Source: an uncultured Elusimicrobiales bacterium | GTDB taxonomy: Bacteria; Elusimicrobiota; Elusimicrobia; Elusimicrobiales; Elusimicrobiaceae | Direction of reading: 5' to 3' | Assembly (NCBI GenBank): GCA_944327085.1 | Contig: CALVGG010000003.1 | Span: 134,688-198,687, forward strand | Length of the DNA stretch: 64,000 nt | Position numbers and translations under genes: made by a program | Shown here: one piece after another, positions 47,283 to 56,600 of the stretch | Layout of the letters: each line of letters begins with the position of its first letter | How positions within the stretch are numbered: position 1 is the stretch's first letter | Notes under the pieces: model-generated | The model's database searches: none | What the model was told of the DNA's origin: nothing | What the model saw: the letters and a program-made list of their open reading frames with translations, nothing else

Positions 47283-48415
47283 TGAACCCCGCTATTTCCG
47301 CCGCCGAAAGGCTGGCACGCATACAGGTAAACGCTTTTCCGTATTTTCGGGCGGATTGGCTGGAAAGGCTGATACGCATTTTCGGCTCCGCGCAGGAAAT
47401 ACTGCGCCAAGACGCCAAAACCCTCGCGCAGGAAGCGCAAATGAACCCGGCCACCGCCCAGCGTTTTTTAAAAGAGGCCTACTCCATAGACCCGCAGCAG
47501 GAGTGGGACCGCACCGCCCAGCTGGGTGGGCACATTTATTTACCGGAAGACGAAGAATACCCCCAAGCCTTAAAATCCATTAAAGAGCCCCCCATTGTTT
47601 TGTATGTGCTTGGCAAACTGCCCGCGCCCGAACAGGCCGCCGTGGGCATGGTGGGCACGCGCAAAATAACGCCATACGGCCGCCGCGTGGCCGATAAACT
47701 GGCTACCGAGCTTACCCAATGCGGGGTAACCGTCATCAGCGGCCTGGCCCGCGGGGTGGACAGCGCCTGCCACGCCGCCGCCGTGCGGCTTAAAAAACCC
47801 ACGGTAGCCGTCATAGGTACCGGGGTAGGGCGTTGCTACCCGGCAGAAAACCGCCCCCTGGCAAAGGCCCTCTTGGAGTACGGCGGGGCGATTGTATCGG
47901 AACTGCCCGTAAACAGCCCGCCCAGTGCGTTTCATTTCCCGCGCAGAAACCGCATTATTGCGGCCCTGTCCCAGCTGGTAACCGTGGTGGAAGGAGAAGT
48001 AAAATCCGGCGCGCTGATTACGGCCAAACTGGCCCTGGAGATGGGCAAAGACGTACTGGCCGTGCCCGGCCCGATAGACGCCCCCCAATCCGCCGGCCCC
48101 AACCAGTTGATAAAGGACGGGGCGGGGGTTGTTTCTTGCGTGCAAGATATAATAGACTATATACCTGAGCAGCTGCGCTTTGGCATTAACGCCGCGCCGC
48201 TAAAAGCCCCCCTGCTTGCCAAACAGGAAGAGGACGGGCTGGACGATTTATCCAAGCAGGTGCTGGAAGTAATAGGCCCCGGGGAAGCCAGCTTAGACGC
48301 AGTGGTGCAAGCCCTGCAAATAGACGTACCCCAAGCGGCCACCCTGCTTTTTGAACTGGAAATAAAAGGCATACTGGCCTGCCAAAACGGCCTGTACAGC
48401 CGCAGCAAATTTTAA
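47282..48415 (+). CDS. dprA: DNA processing protein DprA/Smf
   Basis: VGTRKITPYG, ISGLARGVDSACH and the Rossmann-like DprA core. TAATG overlap with comM. Confidence 0.85.
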   Translation: MNPAISAAERLARIQVNAFPYFRADWLERLIRIFGSAQEILRQDAKTLAQEAQMNPATAQRFLKEAYSIDPQQEWDRTAQLGGHIYLPEDEEYPQALKSIKEPPIVLYVLGKLPAPEQAAVGMVGTRKITPYGRRVADKLATELTQCGVTVISGLARGVDSACHAAAVRLKKPTVAVIGTGVGRCYPAENRPLAKALLEYGGAIVSELPVNSPPSAFHFPRRNRIIAALSQLVTVVEGEVKSGALITAKLALEMGKDVLAVPGPIDAPQSAGPNQLIKDGAGVVSCVQDIIDYIPEQLRFGINAAPLKAPLLAKQEEDGLDDLSKQVLEVIGPGEASLDAVVQALQIDVPQAATLLFELEIKGILACQNGLYSRSKF

Positions 48416-48435
48416 TATTTAAGGATGTGAACCCC

Positions 48436-50715
48436 ATGGCGACAACAAACGTAAAAGGAAAAAAGCTGGTAATTGTGGAGTCTCCTACCAAGCAAAAAAC
48501 CATCAGCAAAATTTTAGGGAATGATTTTATCGTACGCAGTTCTTTCGGCCATGTACGGGACCTTCCCTCCAAAGACATCGGCGTGGATATTGACCATAAT
48601 TTTACCCCCACCTATGTAGCGGTGGACCGCGCCAAAAAACTGATTAAAGAACTGGAACCCCTTGCCAAAAACGCCAGCGAAATTTACCTGGCTACCGACC
48701 CTGACCGCGAAGGGGAAGCCATTGCCTGGCATTTGGTGGAACTGTTAAAAATTCCGCAGGACCGCTACCAGCGCATTTATTTTCACGAAATTACCCCTTC
48801 CGCCATTAAGGACTCCTTCTCCCATGCGCGCAAGATAGACTTAAACCTGGTGGACGCCCAACAGGCGCGGCGCATTTTGGACCGCATTGTGGGGTATAAA
48901 CTTTCCCCCCTGCTGTGGAAAAAGATTACTTCCGGCCTGTCCGCGGGGCGGGTGCAGTCTGTCGCCGTGCGGCTGCTGGCCGAACGCGCCAAAGAAATTG
49001 CCGATTTTAAAGAACAGGAATACTGGACCTTAAACGCCCAGTTTGAAAAACCCGGCGCCGCCCCCAAGTTTTGGGCGCGCGTATTAAAATGGGAAGGCAA
49101 AAATGTGGAGCAAACCACCACCTACCATTTGTTTGCCGAAGATTACAAAGTAAAAACCACCGTTTTTAATAAACCGGAAAGCCTGGCCCCCGTCAGCGCA
49201 CTGCTGCGCAAGGCGCCCAGCACGGTACTCAAGGTGGAGAAAAAGGCCGTTAAACAAAAACCCAAACCGCCTTTTATCACCAGCTCCATGCAGCAGGACG
49301 CATACAACAAGTTGGGCTTCTCTTCCCAAAAAACCATGATGACCGCCCAAAGCCTGTATGAAGGTATTGCCATTTCCGGGCAGACCGTGGGTTTAATTAC
49401 CTATATGCGTACGGACTCTTTTAACGTGTCTAAACTATTGCAGGAACAAACCCAAAAATTTATTGCCGCCAAATACGGGCAAGACTTTGTGCCCGCCAAA
49501 CAGCCGGTATACAAAAGCAAAGTAATGGGTGCCCAGGAAGCACACGAGGCCATCCACCCCACGGACGTAAACCGCACCCCGCAGGCCATGAAGCCTTACC
49601 TGACGGCAGACCAGTATAAACTGTATGAACTCATCTGGCTGCGCTTTGTGGCCAGCCAAATGGCCGAGGCCGTTTTTAACACCGTAACCATAGACATTGC
49701 CGGCGCAGGGGACGAAAAACAATGCATTTTGCGCGCCACGGGCAGAACGGTTAAATTCCCGGGCTATTTATCCATTTATAAAGACGATGAGGACGACAAC
49801 GCCAAGGACGAAAACTCCGCCCTGCTGCCCGTACTGGCGGAAGGCGACCAGCTAAACCTGGTGGAACTGGCCAGCAAAGACCACAAAACCACCCCGCCCC
49901 CGTGCTATAACGAAGCCAGCCTGATTAAAACGCTGGAAAAGCACGGCATCGGCCGCCCTTCCACTTACGCCCCCACCATTAAAACGATTTTGGACCGCAA
50001 ATACATTGCCCGCCAGCCCAAATCCAACAAGCTGGTAGCTACCGAGCTGGGCATAACGGTAACGGAAAGCCTGAAAGGTTTCTTTAAAGAAATTATGGAC
50101 CTTTCCTACACCGCCGGCGTGGAAGAACAACTTGATAAAGTAGCCGAAGGAAACGAAGGCTGGGTAAGCCTGTTAAGCAGTTTTTACGATAACTTTAAAA
50201 AAGAGCTGGACGAAGCCGAAAAAGGCATGCAGCGCCCCGCCGCCAAAGAGACAGACGAAAAATGCCCCATCTGCGGCAAAATGATGTTGTTAAAACACAG
50301 CCGCTTTGGGCAGTATTTGGTCTGCAGCGACAGCACCTGCAAAGGCAAAATCAATTTAACCAGCGAAGGGCAAAAAGTACAACCCGAAGCTACCAACGAA
50401 ATTTGCGATAAATGCGGTGCCCCCATGGTGATACGCACCGGGCGCCGGGGCCGGTTTATGGCGTGTTCGGCCTATCCCAAATGCAAAAATACGTATTCTA
50501 TTGATGCGGAAGGGCACAAAGTGGCCTCCACAGGCCCCATTGTTACCAGTGTATTGTGTGACAAATGCGGCAAACCCATGGTGCTAAGAAGCTCTAAACG
50601 CGGGTATTTTTTGGGTTGTTCCGGTTACCCGAAATGTAAAAATATTGTAAATATTTCCGACGAGGAAATAGCCAAAATAAAAGCGGAGCACGAAAAGAAA
50701 ACCTCCGCCCAGTAA
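48436..50715 (+). CDS. topA: DNA topoisomerase I with C-terminal zinc ribbons
   Basis: LVIVESPTKQKTI, TOPRIM DPDREGEAI, ITYMRTDS (catalytic Tyr) and three Cys4 ribbons (CPICG...C, CDKCG...C). Confidence 0.92.
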   Translation: MATTNVKGKKLVIVESPTKQKTISKILGNDFIVRSSFGHVRDLPSKDIGVDIDHNFTPTYVAVDRAKKLIKELEPLAKNASEIYLATDPDREGEAIAWHLVELLKIPQDRYQRIYFHEITPSAIKDSFSHARKIDLNLVDAQQARRILDRIVGYKLSPLLWKKITSGLSAGRVQSVAVRLLAERAKEIADFKEQEYWTLNAQFEKPGAAPKFWARVLKWEGKNVEQTTTYHLFAEDYKVKTTVFNKPESLAPVSALLRKAPSTVLKVEKKAVKQKPKPPFITSSMQQDAYNKLGFSSQKTMMTAQSLYEGIAISGQTVGLITYMRTDSFNVSKLLQEQTQKFIAAKYGQDFVPAKQPVYKSKVMGAQEAHEAIHPTDVNRTPQAMKPYLTADQYKLYELIWLRFVASQMAEAVFNTVTIDIAGAGDEKQCILRATGRTVKFPGYLSIYKDDEDDNAKDENSALLPVLAEGDQLNLVELASKDHKTTPPPCYNEASLIKTLEKHGIGRPSTYAPTIKTILDRKYIARQPKSNKLVATELGITVTESLKGFFKEIMDLSYTAGVEEQLDKVAEGNEGWVSLLSSFYDNFKKELDEAEKGMQRPAAKETDEKCPICGKMMLLKHSRFGQYLVCSDSTCKGKINLTSEGQKVQPEATNEICDKCGAPMVIRTGRRGRFMACSAYPKCKNTYSIDAEGHKVASTGPIVTSVLCDKCGKPMVLRSSKRGYFLGCSGYPKCKNIVNISDEEIAKIKAEHEKKTSAQ

Positions 50716-50719
50716 GCAT

Positions 50720-51595
50720 ATGGAAAAATGGGTTCAGGCGTTTTTACTGCATTTGGAAAATAAAAACTTTTCACCCAATACGGTAAAAAGCTACCGGGCC
50801 GATTTGCGCGAATTTACCGATTATGTAAAAAAGCGCAAGGTAGATGATTTAAAGTTTTTTACCTCCGCCGTTATACGTTCTTTTTTAGCATCGCTTCCCA
50901 AAGAGGACGCACGCAATACGGTGCTTCGCAAAATAGCGGCTTTGCGCAGTTTGGCGGCATATTTAATGCGCCAGGGGCAGCTTACGCGCAACCCGTTTAA
51001 GCTGCTTCCGGCCCCCAAACGGCAAAAATTATTGCCCAAGTTTTTAACGCAGGAAGAGGTAACCCGCCTGCTGGATACGGCCGCCAACAGCCACTTTGCC
51101 GCGCGGGATAAAGCACTGTTTGAGCTGATGTATTCCAGCGGCCTGCGCAGAAGCGAAATAACCGGCCTGAAAATACAGGATGTGGATTTTTTTAACGGAT
51201 TAGTAAAAGTTTTTGGTAAAGGAAGCAAAGAGCGCCTGGTTCCGGTAACGGATGCCGCGCTGAAAGCCATAAAAGATTACCTGGCCTGCCGGGTAAACCC
51301 CGCGCCGCAGGACGCGCTGTTTTTAAACAACCGCGGCACCCCGCTTACCGGGGACGGGCTGGCCTACATTTTTAAAAATATGGCTATCAGCGCCCATTTG
51401 GCGCGCAAAGTAACCCCGCACAGCATGCGGCATTCTTTTGCCACTCATCTTTTGAATAACGGGTGTGATTTGCGCAGCCTGCAGGAAATGCTGGGCCACA
51501 AAAGCCTGGCGGCAACGCAGGTGTATACGCATGTATCGCTGGATAAATTAAAAAGCGTGTATCAGCACGCCCACCCCAAAAATAAGGAGAACTGA
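50720..51595 (+). CDS. Tyrosine recombinase XerC/XerD family
   Basis: SYRADLREF, SGLRRSE, HSMRHSFATHLL and LGHKSLAATQVYTHV motifs. Confidence 0.85.
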   Translation: MEKWVQAFLLHLENKNFSPNTVKSYRADLREFTDYVKKRKVDDLKFFTSAVIRSFLASLPKEDARNTVLRKIAALRSLAAYLMRQGQLTRNPFKLLPAPKRQKLLPKFLTQEEVTRLLDTAANSHFAARDKALFELMYSSGLRRSEITGLKIQDVDFFNGLVKVFGKGSKERLVPVTDAALKAIKDYLACRVNPAPQDALFLNNRGTPLTGDGLAYIFKNMAISAHLARKVTPHSMRHSFATHLLNNGCDLRSLQEMLGHKSLAATQVYTHVSLDKLKSVYQHAHPKNKEN

Positions 51596-51599
51596 TTTT

Positions 51600-52565
51600 A
51601 TGATTGGTATTGGTGTAGATATTGGCGGCACCTTTGTAAAAGTGTTTGTAATGAATGAACACGGCGAAATTTTCCGCCAGGAAAAAATGGAAACCAATTA
51701 CAGCAAAGGGCCAAAATTTTTTCTGCAGCAAATAGCGGACTATATTAACCACATCCAGCAGGAATTTGCAGACCAAAAGGTAGCCGTCGGCATTGGCGCA
51801 CCGGGGGATGTGGATAACCAAAAAGGCATTTTGCGCTATAACCCCAATTTAAAATTTAAAGACGTAAGCGACTGGCCCATCGCCCGCATCATAAAAGATT
51901 TAACCGGCATTACCCCTTCCGTAGCTAACGACGCCACCCTGGCCGCCTGGGGCGTGTATGAAAAAGAATTAAACCGCCAGGGCACCAATGTGCTGGTGGT
52001 AACGCTGGGCACGGGTGTCGGCGGCGGGCTGATTTTAAACCGGGAGCTTTTCCAGGGTTCCAACGGCACCGCGGGCGAAATTGGCCACACCAAAATTGCC
52101 GATACGCACAACGGCCCTTTATGCGGCTGCGGCGCACGCGGATGTTTGGAAGCGTTTGTGGGCACCATTGGCATTAAACGCCGCGTGATGGAAGCGGTGA
52201 TGGATGACCCCGAATCCGAACTGGCAAAAATGGTGGAAGCCGAAAAAGATTTTAAAATAGAGCTTGTCTCCCGTGCGGCAAAAAAGGGCTGCCCCGCCGC
52301 CAAAAAAGTATGGGAAGACACCGGTTTTTATTTGGGAATAGGTTTGGCCAATTTCTGCCTTACGCTGGATGTAGACACCATCGTGCTGGCGGGGGGCGTA
52401 TCAGGCGCGGCGGAATATTTTATGCCTTCTTTAAAACGCGTGTTGGAACAACAGCAAATACAAACCCCTTTTAAAAAACTGCGCTTAATTACCTCCTCTA
52501 ACCCCAATATTGGCGGTATAGGCGCGGCGATGTATGCTATTCACCAGGCTTTAGTACACCCATGA
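51600..52565 (+). CDS. glk: ROK-family glucokinase
   Basis: IGVDIGGTFVKV ATP motif and the ROK zinc motif GHTKI...CGCGARGCLEA. Confidence 0.8.
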   Translation: MIGIGVDIGGTFVKVFVMNEHGEIFRQEKMETNYSKGPKFFLQQIADYINHIQQEFADQKVAVGIGAPGDVDNQKGILRYNPNLKFKDVSDWPIARIIKDLTGITPSVANDATLAAWGVYEKELNRQGTNVLVVTLGTGVGGGLILNRELFQGSNGTAGEIGHTKIADTHNGPLCGCGARGCLEAFVGTIGIKRRVMEAVMDDPESELAKMVEAEKDFKIELVSRAAKKGCPAAKKVWEDTGFYLGIGLANFCLTLDVDTIVLAGGVSGAAEYFMPSLKRVLEQQQIQTPFKKLRLITSSNPNIGGIGAAMYAIHQALVHP

Positions 52566-54721
52566 AAAAACTGACTGCTTTGCTTATTAGCTGTTTTTTA
52601 TCCGGGCCTTTGTGCGCGCAGGAGCAAACCCTGCCTCAGCCGCCCGGCCAGGACGGTTTTGTATATTTTACGGCTGATAAAGCCAATTTGGACCCTGTAT
52701 CCAAAAAAGTAAACCTGGAAGGCAATGTAACCATTGTACAGGAAACGAAAGATAAAAAACACCGTGTGGTAACGGGAGAAAGCATTACGCTGGACCAAGC
52801 CAACACGGAAATATCTTCCCAGGGGCCCATGACGGTAAAATCCTCCGGCGCCACCCTGCAGGGGGAGAACATGTCCGTCAACTATACCACCAAGGACTAC
52901 CGGGCCGAAAATGTAAGCACAGAATACCCCCCCTTGCGTGTAATCAATGCAGAGGAAATATCCTCCGTAAACGGCAAAGAAACCTTACGCGGCGCCACCC
53001 TTACCTGCTGTGATAATCCGGACCCGCACTATACCCTTTCCGTAGGCAAATTGACCGTATCCCCCCAAAAACGCGTTTTTGGCACCAATGCGGTGATGCG
53101 GCTGGACGGATTCCCCATTATGTACTTGCCGGTATTTTGGCGCTCGTTGGATTCCCAAAAACCCTTTACCACCCATGTGGATTTTTCCCAAAGCAACAAA
53201 GTGGGTTTTGGGATTTTAACCTCCACCGTATTCAACCCCGTTTGGGGGTTTAGACCCAAATTAAATTTAGATTACTACACCAAATCCGGCCTGGGGATAG
53301 GCACGGAAATTATGGCCATCACCACCCCCACACTAAAAGGTACCGGGGAGTTTTATTATATCCACGATAAAGCCAGCCCCATAGAACTGGGGAAAGAAGA
53401 AATAAACCGCTGGGGCTTTCGCGGCGGATACTGGTGGGAAATTGCAGACTCTTCTGACCAGCTAAATAACCCGGACGGTGCCCTATACCAATTACAAACC
53501 CAGTTCCGCATGGTGTCTGACCCGTATTTTAACGACTCGTTCTTCCGCGGCAACCCGTATATTTTTATGCCGGATCAGCAAACCAATTTGTCTGTTTCCC
53601 GTCAAACACGCCGCTCCACCCTGCGCGTAAGTTATGACCAGCAAGATATTTACGATATGAACCGCAACAAATTTATTGCCCAAACCCGTACCCTGCCGGA
53701 AATAAAATACATTATGCACCCGGTAAACTTTTTGGGCCTGGCCAACCGCCTGGAAGCCAATTTTAACAACACTTCTTATATGGAAGAAGAATTCCGCCAA
53801 AGCGGCAACGCCCGTTGGACGGGGGAAAGGGCTTTCCGCCTGGCCCGCGGCTTAACCGTTACCCCGGCCGTATTTTATGACCAGACCATTACTTTTGCAG
53901 ACCCGCACTACCAGGATAAAGACGCCTGGGTGGGGCGCGTGGGGACGGATTTTAACGTGCAAACACGCAGCTTTTTGGGCACGACGGACTTTGGCTACCG
54001 CTTTACCAAACGCCTTTCCACCGGCACATTAAGCACGGATCATTCTTCGCTGGATAAAGGTATAGAAGAAAACACCATTTATTTATCCAACTATTACCGC
54101 CCCACCTTTGACACCTATGTGCGTTTTGCTACCGGGTTTAACCTCTCTAATACCAAATTAAACCTAAAAAACAATCAACTGCAAGAAGTGGGGTGGGACC
54201 ACCTAAAAAGCCGCATAGAGCCTTTACTGCTGGAAGCCGGCTATAATTCCCCCGGCGGTGCTTTCCGCTTTTTTGTGCAGGATTTGTATGACTTGGAAGA
54301 CAAAAACCAAGCGTTTATTACCCAAATGGATTTTATTTACAAACGGCAAATTTTTGGTATTGGCCTTAATAACTTTGCCGACCATGAGGACCCCAACTCC
54401 CTTTACCGCACTTATTCGGACGAATACACCTTTACCACTTCGCTGGGTATCCGCCCCAATAACCCCAAATGGTTTGTAGACGCGGGGATAGACTTCCGCG
54501 TAAAAGACAGCAGCCTGATAAGTTTTAACAAAATGCTGCGCTTTTCTTATACATTCCACGATGCCCGCGCCGAATTTACCGTGCGCGACCGCAATGACAA
54601 CCTTTCCGTGGCTTTCCGCATTAACATTCTGTGCGGAGGAGACCCGCGCAAACAACAAGCCCTGCCGGAGGATGCATATTGGTACCCCTGGCGCGGCGCA
54701 AATGATTTAAGAGATATGTAA
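52562..54721 (+). CDS. lptD: LptD/OstA-like outer-membrane LPS assembly protein
   Basis: Signal peptide, an OstA-like N-terminal jellyroll (VNLEGNVTIVQ...) and a large Tyr/Asn/Phe-rich beta-barrel region. ATGA overlap with glk. Confidence 0.6.
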   Translation: MKKLTALLISCFLSGPLCAQEQTLPQPPGQDGFVYFTADKANLDPVSKKVNLEGNVTIVQETKDKKHRVVTGESITLDQANTEISSQGPMTVKSSGATLQGENMSVNYTTKDYRAENVSTEYPPLRVINAEEISSVNGKETLRGATLTCCDNPDPHYTLSVGKLTVSPQKRVFGTNAVMRLDGFPIMYLPVFWRSLDSQKPFTTHVDFSQSNKVGFGILTSTVFNPVWGFRPKLNLDYYTKSGLGIGTEIMAITTPTLKGTGEFYYIHDKASPIELGKEEINRWGFRGGYWWEIADSSDQLNNPDGALYQLQTQFRMVSDPYFNDSFFRGNPYIFMPDQQTNLSVSRQTRRSTLRVSYDQQDIYDMNRNKFIAQTRTLPEIKYIMHPVNFLGLANRLEANFNNTSYMEEEFRQSGNARWTGERAFRLARGLTVTPAVFYDQTITFADPHYQDKDAWVGRVGTDFNVQTRSFLGTTDFGYRFTKRLSTGTLSTDHSSLDKGIEENTIYLSNYYRPTFDTYVRFATGFNLSNTKLNLKNNQLQEVGWDHLKSRIEPLLLEAGYNSPGGAFRFFVQDLYDLEDKNQAFITQMDFIYKRQIFGIGLNNFADHEDPNSLYRTYSDEYTFTTSLGIRPNNPKWFVDAGIDFRVKDSSLISFNKMLRFSYTFHDARAEFTVRDRNDNLSVAFRINILCGGDPRKQQALPEDAYWYPWRGANDLRDM

Positions 54722-54732
54722 GAGGACAAAAA

Positions 54733-55302
54733 ATGGCAAACCCGTTAATATACCACAAACAAGGGTGGATAGAAGTAATTTGCGGCTGTATGTTTTCCGG
54801 CAAGACGGAAGAACTCATCCGCCGCGTGCGCACGGCACTAATTGCCAAACAAAAAGTGCAGCTTTTTAATTCCAAAATAGATACGCGCTACGGTATAGAC
54901 AGCATTACCAGCCACAACCAAAACAAAGTGGCAGCCACCTGCGTAAAAACCGCGGCAGAAATTATCCCCCTGGTACAAAAAGACACGCAGGTAATAGCCA
55001 TTGACGAAGTAAACTTTTTTGACAAAGGCATTGTGGACGTGTGCGAAAAACTGGCCAAAGCCGGCAAACGCGTGATTGTGGCCGGCCTGGATACGGACTA
55101 CCGCGCCGAACCTTTTGAAGTAACCGCCGCTTTAATGGCTAAGGCCGAATATGTAACCAAAAACCTGGCCGTATGTACTAAATGCGGCAACCCGGCCAGC
55201 TTTACCCAACGCATTACCAAGGACACAAAACGCATTGTGGTAGGCACTACGGACGCCTACCAAGCCCGTTGCCGCAGGTGCTATAAAAAACCGGCCAAAT
55301 AA
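54733..55302 (+). CDS. tdk: Thymidine kinase
   Basis: P-loop GCMFSGKTEEL, IDEVNFF, and zinc ligands CTKCG...CRRC. Confidence 0.9.
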   Translation: MANPLIYHKQGWIEVICGCMFSGKTEELIRRVRTALIAKQKVQLFNSKIDTRYGIDSITSHNQNKVAATCVKTAAEIIPLVQKDTQVIAIDEVNFFDKGIVDVCEKLAKAGKRVIVAGLDTDYRAEPFEVTAALMAKAEYVTKNLAVCTKCGNPASFTQRITKDTKRIVVGTTDAYQARCRRCYKKPAK

Positions 55303-55311
55303 GCCTTTTTA

Positions 55312-55338
55312 AGCGCGCAACAAACGGCGCGCTTTTTT
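55312..55338 (+). terminator. Intrinsic terminator after tdk (end of the ~16-kb tpiA..tdk string)
   Basis: AGCGCGC / GCGCGCT stem followed by TTTTTT. Confidence 0.8.
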
Positions 55339-55372
55339 ATGTATAATAAATAAAAAATAAAAGGAGATTTCT

Positions 55373-56221
55373 ATGCAAACTTATGCAGGGTTTTGGCGCC
55401 GTTTTGTGGCGTTTATGATAGACAATATTATTTTATCCATCCCTACCGGGCTGCTGACCACTGTTTTTATGATGGTACAAATGCCGCAGCTGATGGCCGC
55501 TCAGACCGAAGAAGAAATAGCCGCCGTACTGCCGGGGATGTTTTTGGTTTCTATTCTGTCTAATATTCTGTTTTTTGTTTTATTTATCTTATACACGGCT
55601 TTTATGGAAAGCAGCTCCAAACAGGCTACGCTTGGCAAAATGGCCATGAGCATTAAAGTGGTGGACATAAACGGCCAGCGCCTTAACTTTTGGCACGCCG
55701 CCGGGCGCAACCTGGGGAAAGTGGTTTCTTATTTTATTATATATTTTGGTTTTTTTATGGCCGCCTTTACCCGCCGCCGCCAAGCCTTGCACGATATCAT
55801 GGCCTCCACTTTTGTGGTAAATAACAGCTACCAGGCGGGCCAGCCCTTGCCGCAGGAACCTTTCCGCAGCGGTTGTTTAGTTGGGGCCATAATCGTGGTA
55901 TTACTGCCGTTTATCAGCTTATTTGCGGCCATATTAATCCCATTCTTTGTAACGACCAACGATTCCTTAAATACAGACAACCCGGCCGAAGTGCGTTTGC
56001 TTCAAACCCAAATGCAGGCCATTGCCAAAATAAATATATCCCAAGAAGACCCCCTGTATATTAACGGCATCACGCTCTACACGCAGGACGGGGATGTGTA
56101 CGCCACCCGCACGCAACCCAGCTCTTTCACCGTGCGTCTGCCCAAAAATCAAACGGAAATTTGCTGTGTGGAAGACGACGGCGATTTTTGCCAATCCAAT
56201 GCCATTGCAAAATGTATGTAA
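55373..56221 (+). CDS. RDD-family membrane protein with a Cys-rich C-terminal extension
   Basis: YAGFWRRFVAFMIDNIIL start and ...RQALHDIMASTFVV are typical of RDD domains. There is an extra TM helix plus a roughly 90-aa tail ending EICCVEDDGDFCQSNAIAKCM. TATAAT at 55342..55347 and AGGAG at 55362..55366. Confidence 0.7.
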   Translation: MQTYAGFWRRFVAFMIDNIILSIPTGLLTTVFMMVQMPQLMAAQTEEEIAAVLPGMFLVSILSNILFFVLFILYTAFMESSSKQATLGKMAMSIKVVDINGQRLNFWHAAGRNLGKVVSYFIIYFGFFMAAFTRRRQALHDIMASTFVVNNSYQAGQPLPQEPFRSGCLVGAIIVVLLPFISLFAAILIPFFVTTNDSLNTDNPAEVRLLQTQMQAIAKINISQEDPLYINGITLYTQDGDVYATRTQPSSFTVRLPKNQTEICCVEDDGDFCQSNAIAKCM

Positions 56222-56239
56222 AATCTCTCTAACTAAAAA

Positions 56240-56264
56240 CCCCGCCACGTAGGCGGGGTTTTTT
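56240..56264. terminator. Bidirectional intrinsic terminator after the RDD gene
   Basis: CCCCGCC / GGCGGGG stem, flanked by AAAAA upstream and TTTTTT downstream. Confidence 0.8.
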
Positions 56265-56558
56265 ATTGTCTGCCCAAACGGCCAATTTTCCCCAATAACT
56301 GTTTGATTCTAATAAGATGCCCGCGCACCCAATTATATTTATTGGCAAAGGCGTTTTTAGAGGAGTCTTTTTGCCGTGATGAAAACATAAAAAACGCCAG
56401 CTAAAGAAAGTTAAAAAGCCAGTTGTTTGGTTACAGCACTTTTAAAAATTTTGGGTTTATTCTCCGCCAGCACACGGCATAGTGTTTATTTGCCGATTAA
56501 GCGCAAGAAAAACTGTTCAATAAAAACAAAGCGCCAACCCCCGTGGCTTTCCACCCCA

Positions 56559-56586
56559 TAAAAAACCCCGGGCTAAAACCCGGGGG
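56559..56586 (-). terminator. Intrinsic terminator after tolB
   Basis: CCCCGGG / CCCGGGG stem with a CTAAAA loop. On the minus strand it is followed by TTTTTT. Confidence 0.8.
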
Positions 56587-56600
56587 TTGGAAAGTTTATA

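Noticed and set aside
50720-51595. The tyrosine recombinase as an integrase marking a mobile element next to topA.
   Set aside because: The motifs and size fit housekeeping XerC/XerD. It is embedded with 4-nt gaps in a core gene string. There is no flanking tRNA, direct repeat, phage gene or transposon gene.
56263-56388. A 41-aa minus-strand ORF (MFSSRQKDSSKNAFANKYNWVRGHLIRIKQLLGKIGRLGRQ) that ends at the bidirectional terminator.
   Set aside because: It has no Shine-Dalgarno and no recognisable promoter, and its composition is unremarkable. It may be a gene remnant, but it is kept only as part of the finding on the unexplained gap.
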